A stretch of 55,939 nucleotides of DNA, the filler included, from Hypanus sabinus (Eukaryota), in the NCBI RefSeq assembly GCF_030144855.1. It is 3 parts of 3 records of this genome, joined end to end, with 100 filler letters (N's around TTAATTAATTAA, not from the genome) between each part and the next. Parts side by side here need not be neighbours in the genome. Positions count along the whole stretch, not along the records: positions 21,576 to 45,943 come from NC_082733.1; 2 more parts are not named here. One strand, 5' to 3'. This document shows, piece after piece, positions 24,380-38,016 of the stretch. The position numbers were made by a program, and so were the translations under genes. Below the pieces are notes generated by a model that saw only the letters and a program-made list of their open reading frames with translations, was not told the origin of the DNA and made no database searches. Position 1 is the stretch's first letter. The number at the start of each line of letters is the position of its first letter.

Positions 24380-25110
24380 TACAATCATCACAGTGATATT
24401 TGTTTCTGTGCTTTGTGCTCCCTGAAGTACAAATCGAAGTAAATATAATAAAAATTTAAATTATAAGTCATAATCAGAAAATAGAAAAGGGAAAGTACGG
24501 TAGTGCAAGTCAGGTCTGGATATTTGGAAGGTACGGCCCAGATCCGGGTCAGGATCAGTTCAGCAGTCTTATCACAGTTGAAAAGAAGCTGTTCCCAAAT
24601 CTGGCCGTATGAATCTTCAAGCTCCTGAACCTTCTCCCGGAGGGAAGCGGGACAAAAAGTGTGTTGGTTGGGTGGGTTGTGTCCTTGATTATCCTGGCAG
24701 CACAGCATGCGGTGTAAAGTGAGTCCAAGGATGGAAGATTGGTTTGTGTGATGTGCTGGGCTATGTTCACGATTTTCTGCAGCTTCTTCTGGTCTTGGAC
24801 AGGACAACTTCCATACCAGGTTGTGATGCACCCTAGAATAATGCTTTCTACGGTGCACCTATAAAAAAATTAGTGAGGGTTTTAGGGGACAGGCCAAATT
24901 TCTTCACTTTTCTCAGGAAGTAAAGGCGCTGGTGGGCCTTCTTGGCAGTGGACTCTGCTTGGTTAGACCAAGTCAAGTCATTTGTGATATTCACCCCAAG
25001 GAACTTAAAGCTTTTGACCTGTTCCACCTGCGCACCACCGATGTTGACTCCTTCTGAAGTCAACATCCTTCGTCTTGCTGACATTGAGGGATAGGTTATT
25101 GTCATGCCAC
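24380..25110 (-). mobile_element. LINE (L2-like) 3' fragment
   Basis: VKSFKFLGVNIT.DLTWS...KKAHQRLYFLRK and LPSGRRFRS...TARFGNSFF motifs. Confidence 0.8.
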
Positions 25111-25559
25111 CAGGTTCTTATTTTCCACTCTGTACTCACACTCATCATTACCCAAGATACAGCCTACAATTATGCAATATATGTACCTAGTGTCATGTGT
25201 GGTACTGTGTGTTACACCTTGGCCCCACAGTAACATTTCGTTTAGCTGTATTCCTGTATGGTTGAATGGCAATTAAACCAGAATTTCAGTGCTTAATAAA
25301 CAACCACAAACAATAAGCTTGATGCCTCATTCTCGACTTCCAAGGAGCCTTTGGATTGTGAAACCTTCAGGATCCAGCAGCCGGTAGCTGAAGACTGTAG
25401 TGAGTAATCATTAACATTCTCACAGCTACAGCTTAATCGAACCAGCTCACAAGAGGAGTGTCAACACTGCCAAATGTTTTTTCTATTAAGTGCAAGATCA
25501 GGAATACTGATCAAGTCAACTAGTTCCCAAAGAGAACTCTGATAGGCCAATCAGGGATT

Positions 25560-27080
25560 CAGATTTCTGGATCATTGGGACCTCTTTTGGAGCAGAAGTG
25601 ACCTGTACAAAAAGGACAGGTTGCACTTGAATCCCAGGGAGACCAATATCCTGGTGGGGAGGTTTGCTAAGGCTACTGGGGAGAGTTTAAACTAGAATTG
25701 TTCGAGGGTGGAACTGAACTGAAGAGGAGTTTGGCACAGAAATAGAGAAAGCTTGTAGACAGTGTGAGAGGGAGGATAGGCAGGTGATAGAGAAGGGATT
25801 TGAGATGTGTCTATTTTAACACAAGGAGTGTTGTGAATAAAGCAGATAGGCTTAAAGCACAGATCAATACTTGGAGATATGATGTGGTGCCCATTACAGA
25901 GACTTGGATGGTTCAGGGACAGGAATGGTTACTTCAAGTGCCGGGTTTTAGATGTTTCCCAAAGGACAGGGAGGGAGGCAAAAGAGATGGGGGCGTGGCA
26001 CTGTTGAGCAGAGATAGTGTCATGGCTGCAGAAAAGGTGGACGCCATGGAGGGATTGTCTACGGAGTCTCTGTGGGTGGAGGTTAGGAACAGGAAGGGGT
26101 CAATAACTTTACTGAGTGTTTTTTTATAGGGTGCCTAATAGTAACAGGGACATCGAGGAGCAGATAGGGAAACAGATTCTGGAAAGGTGAAATAATAAGA
26201 ATTGTCATGGTGGGAGATTTTAATTTCCCAAATATCGATTGGCATCTCCCTAGAGCAAGGGGTTTAGATGGGTTGGAGTTTGTTAGGTGTGCCCAGGAAG
26301 GTTTCTTGACACAATATGTAGATAAGCCTACAAGAGGAGAAGCTGTACTTGATTTGGTATTGGGAAATGAACCTGGTCAGGTGTCAGATCTCTCAGTGGG
26401 AGAGCATTTTGGAGATAGTGATCATAATTCTATCTCCTTTACAATAGCATTGGAGAGAGATAGGAACAGACAAGTTAGAAAAGCATTTAATTGGAGTAAG
26501 GGGAATTATAAGGCTCTTAGGCAGGAAATTGGAAGCTTAAATTGGAAACAGATGTTCTCAGGGAAAAGTACAGAAGAAATGTGGCAAATATTCAGGGGAT
26601 ATCTGTGTAGAGTTCTGTATAGGTACAGAACCTATATGAGAATGAGACAGGGAAGTTATGGTAGGGTACAGGAACCGTGGTGTACAAAGGCTGTAATAAA
26701 TCTAGTCTAGAAGAAAAGAGAAGCTTACAAAAGGTTCAGAGAGCGAGATAACGTTAGAGGCATTGATCGTGTGGATAGTCAGAGGCTTTTTCCCAGGGCT
26801 GAAACGGTTGCCACAAGAGGACACGGGTTTAAGGTGCTGGGGTGTAGGTACAGAGGAGATGTCAGGGGTAAGTATTTTACTCAGAGAGTGGTGAGTGCGT
26901 GGAATTGGCTGCCAGCAATGGTGGTGGAGGCGGATATGATAGGGTCTTTTAAGAGGCTTTGAGCTTAGAAAAATAGAGGGCTATGGGTAAGCCTAGTAAT
27001 TTCTAAGGTAGGGACATGTTCAGCACAACTTTGTGGGTTGAAGGGCCTGTATTGTGCTGTAGGTTCTCTATGTTTCTAGA
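25560..27080 (+). mobile_element. CR1 LINE, internally deleted (endonuclease joined to the 3' end)
   Basis: APE motifs YFNTRS, ITETW, GDFNFP and GDSDH (25800-26710) are followed at about 26750 directly by the ORF2 terminus (RLFPR...FTQRVVSAWN); the RT core is missing. Confidence 0.85.
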
Positions 27081-28609
27081 TGGTTCACTGCTGCTCAGTG
27101 ATAGAACATAAAAAGATCATTATATACAATTAAGAAACATTAAAAAATAGTAGAAACACTGGAGTCATGATGATGATGATGATGTCTGCTGGAGAGACAC
27201 ATTTATACACATGCTGTCCTCCATAGTTCAGAGAGATTGAAGGATAAGGTTGCAGGGTGACAAAACATGGCAAGAGCACCTGGAACTAAAAACTAATCCC
27301 TACCGGGAGAAAACAGCACCTGATCTTTCCTCACTGTTCTCCAGCAGTTTAAGGACTAAGTCTAGCCGGAACATAACTCACAAGTGCTTTGAAAATCAGG
27401 TATTAATCCTACCTGCCAACAACCAAGCATTGCCATCCTGGTCCCCATCGTGATAGCTTATGAAGAAGAATGTGACTCCCTCCCAGAATTGTGCACTCGA
27501 CTCCTGAAGGCTTGGCCCCCATCGTCGCAGATGTTTCCAACCACAGCTTCTGGAAGACTGTTCCAAATTCTGATAGCACAGTGAAGGAAGCTTCTGTCCA
27601 GTGTGTAGGTTCTCGCATCAGGCATAGAAACGGTGATGAGCAGGCATAGATAAACTTGATCATGTGGTGCGCCGTCTCTCATAAGATGAAGGCAGCATGG
27701 CGTGAAGGTCTGCAGGGCTGTGGCTGGTTGGACTCTGTGATGTAAGCTACTGATGGCTAGCTTCTCATGAGCTGTGGCTTCATCTAACCTGTAATCCTGA
27801 GAGCCTTTCTGTGAATGGAATCAAGCTGGTTAAGGACACTCTGAGGCATTCATCCATGATAAGCAGGCATACTCCATGATACTTTGTACCTGGGCTTTGT
27901 AAACCGTGGCTCTGCCCTCTGTCTAGTTTGGATGCTACTTTCCACAGAGCTCCAAGCCTTGGTCCAGCCTTGTTTGAAATAGTGGGAAGGTGTTTTATCC
28001 CACACCGACTCACTGTCAATATTAACACCAAGGATTACTAGCTCCTTCTTTACATGTAGCTTGCGGTTCCCAAAATGCAGATCGGGGTAGATGGATTCCT
28101 CTTCCTAGACATCACAGTCGCCTTGCACTGAGTAGGCTCAAAGGTGGCATTCCAGTCGTCTGCCCAGCCTTTCACCTTGTCAGGCCTGCTGACACTGGTT
28201 ATCCTGTTATTATCTGCTATTATCCTGCTGCCACAAAGTCTCCTGCTCTAACTGGTGCAAAAAGTGTGGAGTCGTCAGCATACAGATATAGCTCGTTACT
28301 GCATGCACCAACCAAGCCTGGTACAATGGCTACTGACCCGTCACCCACACAGAGAAGGCAGGGAAGACTTATGGATGGCTGCAGGGAGGAGGAATTTCAA
28401 AGTTCAGAGTAAATTTATTATCAAAGTACACACTACATATGTCACCATATACAACCCTGAGATTCATTTTCTTGCGGGCATGCTCAATGAATCAATTGAA
28501 TAATGACCTTCACAGAATCAAAGGCAGACTGCGCCAACTTGGCGTTCAATCTGTGTGCAAAGGACAACAAACTGTGCAAATACAAAACAAAAGAAATAAT
28601 GGTCGAGTT

Positions 28610-29646
28610 GGCTGTTGGTAAAAAATAAAATCAGATCATTAGAAAGAGATGACAAAGGGTCAGAAGGTGTAGGATTCTTGTGGGTAGAGTTAAGAAACTG
28701 CCAGAGTAGTAAGACCTTAATGGGAATTATATACTGTACAAGCCTCCGCAGAGTAGCCAAGTACACATTACACTGGGAAATAGAAAGTGCATGTCAAAAG
28801 GGGAATGTTATGATAATCATGGGGGATTTCAAGATGCAGGTAGATGGGGGGAAAAGCAATCAGGTTGGTGCTGGATTCTAAAGGGTGAATTTATAGAATG
28901 CTTATATGATGTCTTTTTAGAGCATGGTTGAGCCCATTAGGGGATCAGTTATTCTGGAATGGGTGTTGTGCAAAGAAACAGATTTGATTAGAGAGCTTAA
29001 GGTAAAGGAACCCTTAGGAGAGATACAAATCACTCTGCAATTTGAGGAGGAGAAGCATAAGTCAGATGTATCAGTATTACAGTGGAGTAAAGGGAATCAC
29101 TGAGGCATGAGAGGGGAGCTTGCCAGTTAATTAATAGAGGGCACTAGTAGGGATGATAGCAGAACAACAATGGGCAGAATTTGGAAGGTGCAGGATTGAT
29201 ACATCCCAAAGAAGTTGTTTTCTAAAGGCAGGATGACCATCATGGCTGACAAGGGAAGTCAAAGACAACATAAAAGCAAAGAGAGGGCATATAATGGAGC
29301 AAAAATTAATGGGAAGTTAGAGAATTGGGAAACTTTTAAAAACCAACAGAAGGCAACTAAAGTCATAAAGAAGGAAAAGATGGAATACGGTAAGCTAGCT
29401 AATTATATTCAAAGTCCAATGTTTCCTAAGGTTTATAAAGTGTAAAAGAGAGACAATAGTAGCTATCAGACCACTGGAAAATGATGCTGGAGAGCTAGTG
29501 ATGGGCCACAAGGAAATAGCAGATGAACTGAATAAGTATTTTGCATTAGTGTTCACTGTGGAAGACACTAGCAGTATGCTGGAAGTTTGAGAGTGTTGGG
29601 GGCAGGAACATGTGAAGTTGCTATTACTAGGGAGGTGTATGGGAAG
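28610..29646 (+). mobile_element. CR1 LINE, 5' part, interrupted by the ERV
   Basis: LWVELRN and IMGDF motifs. The sequence ...GAGGTGTATGGGAAG resumes at 38641 with CTGAAAGGTCTGAAGGTAGATAAAGTCACCTGGACC (GKLKGLKVD...). Confidence 0.85.
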
Positions 29647-30061
29647 TATTGGAGTATAAAAGTTGCATTGTTTGCTGTGTAATCAAAACTATGTAGTCAG
29701 CTTTGAACTTGCTACTTGCTATGCATGTATCCAATTTAGTAGGAGAATGAAATCTTAAGAATGTAGAAGACAATGGTGTGGTAATGAGAGGTAGCTAAGA
29801 GATGTAGATTAGAACATGATTAAGTCAATGGGTAGAAACAATAGTGGCGGATGTACTTGTGATACGCAACTATAGACCGATTGGATATGCTAATGCAACT
29901 AAACCAGGAGATTGCTATAAAAAATGCTGTGTTCAAAGATCGGTGGGCAATCAGCGACTAGCTCACTGACTCTCAGCTTTGATTTCCAAATTAAAGTTTA
30001 ACCCTTCTTGAAGAATCTTCTGCGTCTCCTGGTCATTTGTGGGGCACGAGAAACCACGACA
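29647..30061 (+). repeat. ERV 5' LTR (415 bp)
   Basis: TATTGGAG...ACCACGACA; differs from the 3' LTR by 7 substitutions and one 2-bp indel (hand count). Confidence 0.95.
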
Positions 30062-30725
30062 AAATAGCCGACCACGGCAGGACCGGAAAGAGACCCGCGG
30101 AAAGGAAACAGCAGATTGGGGACGCTTCCCAGTCCTCTAGCGATCCCCACAAGGCCAACAGAATTAAGGGTGCACCCAAACAAAAAGTAAGCGCTTTTGG
30201 CAACAATTTGGACTAAGAATTCTGTTGGTTTTGGGGAGGTCTTGGAGTCTCAGATGTGTGGAACCACTGCCGAAGGGTCTCTCCGGTCCAAAGAATCTGG
30301 CAGAATTTAGGGTTAACAGAGGCTCAGAGGATTGATCAAGAACACTGCAGTGAGGTTAAGTACAGATAAGCTAATAAGAAGTTAAGTGAAGAAAAATTCC
30401 ACGTGGTGTTGGTAAGTCCCTGTGGATACCGCTTCGTATGAAACGAAGGTCTAAACGGGCAGGGAAAGGAAAATAGAGAAAATCCTCATGGATAACGCCT
30501 TAAGAGATAAGGGTCTGAATAGACGAGGTGCAAAGAGAAAGTTCTGTGGATACCGCTCTGAGTAGAGGTCTGTACAGGCAGAACAGAATAGGAAACAAGG
30601 GAAGTCCAATATATAGTTTAAAGCGCTGGTAGATAGATGATAGACTAGGCATAGAATTAGAGTAAATAATATTATCCAGTAAACGAACTGTGAATCTCTG
30701 AAATACCTTAAAAAGAGAGAACAAC

Positions 30726-33700
30726 ATGACAGGTAAAGGAACAACAGTAGAGATTCTGAACAAAAAAATCCCGGTAAATAAATATATCATCACAAAAACT
30801 TCAGAAAAATGGGAAAAGAGAACCAAAAACCTGGTCACAAAATGGCCTAGCGAAGGAATGTTTGATGTAAGCTTGTGCGAAGAAATGGAGGCACTAATTA
30901 AAAATTACAAACCAAAAGATAAATCTAAGAAAAGAGGGCAAAAAAGAGAACGAGAAATGGAAGTGCTGAAACTCTTCAGAACAGAGGGAGAAAGGCTGAG
31001 GAGGACAGGTAGAATATTGATTACAAACGAGGAAGACACTAAGGTGCTGGAGAAACAGCCTGTCAGAGAGAGAGGAGGGTACAGCGAGAAGCTGGCTTCA
31101 GCTCCGTACCCGGATGCGACAGAAACAGAAAAGCCCCCTCCCTATAATGAGGAAGGAACCCCTAAGCAGTGCCCCCTGCTGACGGGAACAGCAAACATGC
31201 AGGGAGAAGTACAAATTTGGGATAATGAAGAGGAAAAAAGACAATACGAGAAGGAAAAAGCAGCAATATGGAAGGAGATACAGGCAGAAAGGATAAAGGT
31301 GGAACAGGCAAAGAGAGAAATGAAAGAAGAGATTGAACGGATGAAATACTTGAGAGAGGAAAAGGAGTATGAGGAGTATCGGTTATACCAGGGGTCAGCA
31401 ACCTTTACCACTGAAAGAGCCAATTGGACCCGTTTCCCACAGAAAAGAAAACACTGGGAGCCGCAAAACCCGTTTGACATTTAAAATGAAATAACACTGC
31501 ATACAACGTTTTTTTTGCCTTTATGCTATGTATAAACAAACTATAATGTGTTGCATTTATGAAATTGATGAACTCCTGCAGAGAAAACAAAATTACATTT
31601 CTGCATGCAACAAAAACATTTTGAACTCCGAAAAAAAGACGATGGGTTGAAGGTTACTTTTAAGTAAAATACTCAATGTCTATTTGAGTCCTTCTTGTAT
31701 TTATGAAAAATGCCGAACTTAAATTTCCCGCCAGCAGCAAACCAAAAATAACGTCAGCCAGCTGTCATCCTGAAAAATAAAAGGACTATTTCACTGAACA
31801 ATGAAAAAATATGAATATACATAAAATAATAGGCAATTAAAATATTTATCATACTTGGTTAATGGGATTTCTGCTCCTGGACCTCAGCGCACAGCGTCTG
31901 CACATCAGGGCTGTATGACGTCACCTTCATCTTTACACAGGATCGCAAGCTGTCATCTGTGAGGCGTGCGCGATGTTTGTTTTTAATAAAGTTCATGTTG
32001 GAGAACACCTGCTCACTTACATATGTGGATCCAAAGATCGACAGGACTCAAAGCGCATACTTTTTAATGTTTACATAAATGTCGGGCATAGCATTCCATG
32101 TTTCGAACACAAGTTTGTCCGGTTTTGGAAGGTTTTCAATATCACTCCATTTGTGTTTCTGAGCAAGAACGGCCTTCTGACGGGCAACATCTTCAAGGTC
32201 TGCTGTCAAGCGTCTAAACTTGGACACCCATATGTCTTTGTCGGCTATGTCGGCCAGTTCCATCTCAAGATCAGGTTGACTCACACCTGCCAATGCAGTC
32301 GTATTCAGTAGGGAAGGATCGATGCTTAAGGGAGTGACCGGGAAGGATAATGTGTTTTTTTTCTCTCTGAACTCACAGAAGCGTTTCCCAAACGATGTTT
32401 GCATTGCGATGATTGCAGAATGTAAATACTCCGAAATTATCATGTCGTGACCTTGTTTGAACTCTCTCAAATTGGGGAAGTGAGACAATGTGCCTTTCTG
32501 TAAATCTCTGGCAAGCACTGTCAACTTGCGTTCGAATGCCAAAACATCCTCCAACATGTGCAGGGCTGTAAGTCCTTACCCCTGAAGAGCTGTGTTCAGC
32601 GTGTTCAGGTGCGCTGTCATGTCTACCATGAAGTGTAGCTTTTCCAGCCACTCTGGCTGTTCCAGCTCAGGAAAGTTGAGCCCTTTGCTGCCCAGGAAAG
32701 TTTTCACTTCTTCCAGACACGCGACAAAGCGTTTCAGCACCTTCCGTCTGGACAGCCAGCGATAAAAACACGTTGTAGCGGTGTCAGTAAACTGCAGTCA
32801 AAGATAGCTTTATTCGAACTAAACAGCCTTGCTTTTAAGCCTCCCTCAACCCAGCCCCCATGGACGCAGATGCTGCAAAAGACGCGTACTCACAAACCCC
32901 CGTAGGCTATCTCCCTTAGCCGGAATGCTGGCTAATTGTGAGCCGTTTCGGATGTGCCAGGAAATGTGTCGCCACACTTAGATTGTACAAGATCACCATA
33001 ATCTTCAAATTTAGAATTACATTTCAAAAGCTAACAAACTAACATAAAATACATTTTAATTAAATACTGACCAATTATTTCCCAAAGCCACAGGGAGCCG
33101 CAGCACAGAGGTGAAAGAGCCACAAATGGCTCGGGAGCCGCAGGTTGCCGACCCCCGGGTTATACCATAGAAATAAACAGACTAGAAAAGAAAGTGGCTC
33201 ATCAGGGCAGGAAGAGATGAGGCATTCAAGAGGAAGTGGAAAAAAGATAGGAGATGAGAGTCTTGGAGAAACACAAGAGAGAAGGGAATCAAGCATGTGT
33301 AAGGATCATGAGGAGTCCCTGCCACAGGAGTAAAGACATGGACAGGAAGAAAGAGAAGGTGACTCATTGGAGGGGCAAGAGTTAAGTGGGGAGAGAGAGA
33401 GGATGTGAGAATTTGTGGGGAAAAAGTAGGAGGCAGAAGCCTAGAAGAGCAGAAGGGGGCGGTAGGGAAGTGACTTGCAGAAGTAGAGAGAGAGCTAGAT
33501 AAATTACTGAGAGGGGATTGCCAGAGGAGATGTGAAAAATACTCCAGGGGCCAAACAAGTATTGAATTAGGACAGAAAGGAAGGACTCCACAGGGAGACC
33601 GAGTGAAGAAGAGGACCCCGGAGAAATTTGTGTGGGAGGCAGTAAAGACATACCCTGAGACAGATGGGGAGTAAGGCGAGGAGGAGAGCCAGGGCAGGTG

Positions 33701-34838
33701 GGAAGAAGGAAGAAGAATGATGCCGTTGTTAGTAAAAGGATCAGGACAAGTGCAGTATATCCCTTGGGGATCCCAGGACCTAGAAGGGCTGAAAAACACT
33801 CTGCCCAATCTACATGAAGGAGCAGGAAAATGGATTAGAGTCTTTGAAGAAGAACCAGTGGGACAATTATTGGCTATGGGAGATTTGAAGGTACTATTGA
33901 TAAGGTTGATGGGAACCTCCAAATTTAACGAACTAATGGAAATGGCTGGCATAGTAAACTCGATCGACCCAGGAACTAACGGAGACGGGTTTGACAGAGT
34001 GAGGCAGAGGGTATGGCAGGCTCTCAGGGAGCTTTATCCACCCAAAGTGGACCCCAAAGCCTTAAAGGGGGATCCACTGGGAGACACTGTAAACCCAGCA
34101 GCCTACATAGAAAACCAGTTGAAAAGGTAGAGACTGGAGACTGAGCAAGAGGTGGAAAATAGCTTATTTATGACCTCACTGTTCCGACATAGCATTTTGG
34201 ATGCAATGCCTCCGCAAGTAAAATCCAAACTGGAGGAAGTGGTTGGGCTGACGTCAATGACCCCACAAGAATTTAGAGACCACGTAGTCCATGGCGTTGA
34301 GAAATACCGGAAAGACAAATGAAGGTTGGCTGAGCAGAAGGAAGAGGTGCAAAAAAAGTTAATACAAATGCAGCTCAAAGAACTCAAAAAGAGAAAAGCA
34401 AAAAGATGCTGCCAGCAACCACCGGTCCGAGTACAGCCATCGAACTGGATGAAGCACCGCTATATGGAGGAATCGATCATACTGTAAGACAAGGGCCGGA
34501 AAACCCCATGCCAATAATCAGCGTCTTTGGAGGAGCATTCCCACAAATGCCCTTTCAGGAACAGACTAAATAAATTCAAACAGCCCAGACAGGACTGGAA
34601 GTCCCAAGGAGGGGGACAGAGGAGCTATAGGCAGAAGGGACCAGTGAGGAAACAGGGGGAAAGAGAGGTAGAGAGGTTGTGCTGGGGATGTAATCAGCCA
34701 GGTCACATGAGAAGAGATTCTCCGTTTACACCATGGCCTGTCACACACCAGCAGGAACCGATAAGGGAACTAAAGTTTAGCCAAGGACCAGCCCCCACAG
34801 GCCCAAGCGGACCTGCGAACCCCTATGCGAGGTATTAG
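30726..34838 (+). pseudogene. gag: ERV gag, split by the hAT insertion and broken by stops/frameshifts
   Basis: N-terminal ORF at 30726 (WP.EG.F, PPPY motif), capsid-like piece 33717-34130, and a degenerate zinc knuckle CWGCNQPGHMRRDS; ends at TAG 34836-34838. Confidence 0.8.
31389..33157 (-). mobile_element. hAT (Charlie/SPIN/GTF2IRD2-like) DNA transposon, internally deleted
   Basis: TIRs CAGGGGTCAGCAACCT and AGGTTGCCGACCCCCG (14/16 match); 8-bp TSD GGTTATAC (31381-31388, 33158-33165); transposase C-terminal coding on minus (RWLSR-like region, HFPNL, then S.FGSTY.CEQ.FS). Confidence 0.92.
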
Positions 34839-37701
34839 GGGTGCCCAGAGAACTCAAGTGGGAAGGGACATTACCCAATGATAACAAGGGAAGCAGACGA
34901 GGAACCCGTTGTTCAGGTTATGTTAGAAGGGCAACTGACACCAATGATGATAGATACTGGAGCCACGTACACTTGTGTACAGCCACAGTATGCCCTTCAC
35001 CTTCCCATGTTAGGAAAGTTTATTAAGACGGTAGGGTTCTCAGGGAAAACACAGTTGACATAGTGCACGGCTCCAGTGCAGTTGAGAATGGGAAATAAAG
35101 GAATTGTTTTGCCGGTGCTAGTATTTAAAGGAACTCCGATTAATTTGTTCGGCAGAGATGCCTTATTGAAATTGGAATTAAAATTAGAATGCACCAGAAA
35201 TGGGCTGAGTGTGGAAAGAGCAGGGGCTCAATTGATAGTGCGAGAAGACAAGAAGGCTAATGTCTTTTGGATAGGAGACATCGCAGATCAGATTCAGGAA
35301 ACCTGGGAAAAATGGAAAAACAACAATTGTATTAAAATAATGGTAAGTGTAGATATGGTAGGGACAGTGAGAGAGGTCGAAATAACTCCCCAACCACACC
35401 TGCCATTGCTGGGAAAGGAAAGAGGCCAGCAGAAAGATAGAAGGTTAGATGAGTTGCCGTCTATTCTGTGGTCACAGCATGACACGGACGGAGGGAAAAT
35501 AAAAACAGCTAGTCCGGTGGAAATAAGGCTGAAAAAAGGAGCAATTCCACCCAGGAGACCACAATACCCTCTGAGACCAGAAGCAAAAGAGGAAATACCA
35601 TCGACAGTGCAGGGGTTGCTTGAAATACAAGTGCTTAAAAGAACAAACAGTCCATGCAATACCCCGTTGCTGCCAGTCTTAAAAGTAGATAAATCTAAGT
35701 GGAGATTGGAGCATGATTTGCGAGTGGTAAATGACGTGGTAGAGGACTGGCCAGCGGTAGTCCCCAACCCACACATGCTTTTGTCTAATGTTCCACCAGA
35801 AGCAAGTTACTTTTCAGTGATTGATTTGTGTTCGGCTTTCTTCAGCATTCCTCTAGCCGACCAGTGTCAGTATCTGTTTGCATTTACTTACAGAGGTGCT
35901 CAGTATACAATACCAGAAGGTCGCAAGGGTTTAAACATTTACCACATGTTTTTAATCAGGTGTTGAAGGCAGACTTAGAGGGCATGCCATTGGAAAGTAC
36001 ATTGTTACAGTATGTGGATGTCCTGTTGATTTGCTCCCACAGTAAGGAACAGTGTGAGCAGGACACTATAACTCTGTTAGAGAAGCTGGCGCACGGAGGA
36101 CATAGTATCCAAAAAGAAACTGCAATTTTGCAAGCAACAAGTGGTATACTTAGGCAGGGTAATATCCGAGGGAGTGAAGGCGATAGCACCAGATCAGATT
36201 GAGGCAATAACTAAGGCCCCAAAACCCCAGACTGTAGGGCAGATGACGACGTTTTTGGGAATGGCAGGGTACAGCTCAGATTGGATAGGAGAACATGCTG
36301 AGATTGTGGCACCTTTGAGAAAGATAATGAAAGAAGCAAGACATACAAATTTGAAGAACGGCTTACAGTGGAATGAAGAGGCGGAGATAGCTTTCAATAC
36401 TATTAAGCAGGAATTGCAGTCAGCACCAGCATTAGCTTTGCCTGACTACGAGAAAGGTTTTTCATTTGTATGTATCCAACAGACAGTAGGGTTATGTCAC
36501 AGCAGTTCTAACACAAGAGACAGGCACAGGAAAAGCAAAGCAGCCGATAGCATACTACAGTACGAGACTAGATGAGGTGGCTCAGGGGTATCCATCCTGT
36601 TATCAGGGATTGGCGGCGCTGTACTATGCATATGAAAAGGCATCATCTGTAACCCTGGGCTATCCTGTGACTCTGTACACACACCGCAAAGTAGCAGAAT
36701 TGCTGGAAAGAGGGAAATTTGTGCTGACGCCAGCCAGGATAGCAGCGTATCAGATGCTATTGACATTTCCAGACATAACTATACAGAGATGCACTACCAG
36801 TAATATAGCCGATTTTGTCCCTTTGGACTATGAAGGAGAACCCCATGATTGTGTAGGTAAGACGATGGCATTTGCCAAATTGAGAGCAGATTTACGGTCA
36901 GAACCACTAGAGGATGCAGATAAAAAGGTTCTGTTCATAGATGGCTCTTGTTATAGGGATTATGATGGAAATCATGCAGGGTTCTCAGTCGTGCAGCAGG
37001 ATCAGTCAAGCTATAAGATTATTAAATTGGAGTCCTGTCCCCAACCGTGTTCCGCCCAACTAGCGGAAATCAAAGCCCTGAAAGCTGCGTGTGAAATGAT
37101 GGAAGGTAAGAAAGTAGACATCTATACTGATTCGGCATATGCTCATGGAGTATGCCATTTGTTCGGGGCAGTGTGGAAACAGACAGGTTTTTAAAAAAAA
37201 AGCAGTGGAGATCCCATACAACATTGTCAGCAAATTCTAGACTTAATAAAAGCCATAATGAAACCTAAAGCATTGGCTATAGTAAAATGCCAGGCACATA
37301 AAAAGGGAAATGATGTAATAACAAAGGGAAATCAAGCTGCGGACAAGGCAGCCAGAAAACCGTCTGGATGTACAACAGCTGTCATTGCCCCCCAGGTAAG
37401 CCCAGCTCCAGAACTTGTGGTAGAGGACCTAATTGAAATACAAGGTAAGGCAACTTTGGCAGAACAGAGAATGTGGAGACGAACGGGGGCCAAGCGGAAC
37501 CCAGAAGGCTTGTGGAGCATGGAAGACGGTTTGTTGGTAGCGTCCACCCCTCTACTGACGATTCTGATTTCAGAAGTGTATGGGATTGACCATTGTGCAA
37601 GGGGGGAAGTGATAAAGAAAATAAAGAAGGATGGTTTTTGGTCACCTTATTTACAGGCTTCAGTGGACTTTGTCTTGTCACAGTGCGAGGTATGCGCATA
37701 G
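34839..37701 (+). pseudogene. pol: ERV pro-pol (protease, RT, RNase H, integrase zinc finger only), disrupted
   Basis: MIDTGA; VVPNPH..L; FSVIDLCSAFFSIP; QYVDV (YXDD mutated); FIDGS, AQLAEIKAL, IYTDSAY; H..DHC...CEVC then a stop. Confidence 0.9.
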
Positions 37702-37709
37702 AATGCAGG

Positions 37710-38016
37710 GTCCAGACATCAGTTATTTGAGGGGTTAGAAAGTAGACTCGGAGGATGGGGAGCATGGCTGACTAAAATGGCAATAACTGTCAGTATCGTA
37801 TTGTTGAGCTGTGTGCTTGTGCTGTGCTGTTTTCTTCCTTGTCTCAAATCTCTTGTAGTGCGTGCTGCAACCAAACAATTTCCGATGCTCGTGGCAATTA
37901 CTGAAGCAAGCTTAGTGGAGAACGAAACACCGAAAATGTATTGTTACAGCCTACAACACCTGCAGGATGAACAAGAGCAAAACAACAGTGTGGGAGTAGA
38001 TTGTAAGGGCTTCTGA
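37710..38016 (+). pseudogene. env: ERV env C-terminal (transmembrane/cytoplasmic) fragment
   Basis: In-frame LFEGLESRLGGWGAWLTKMAITVSIVLLSCVLVLCCFLPCLKSL lies between the truncated IN and the PPT: aromatic membrane-proximal stretch, TM helix, CC..PC. Confidence 0.65.
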
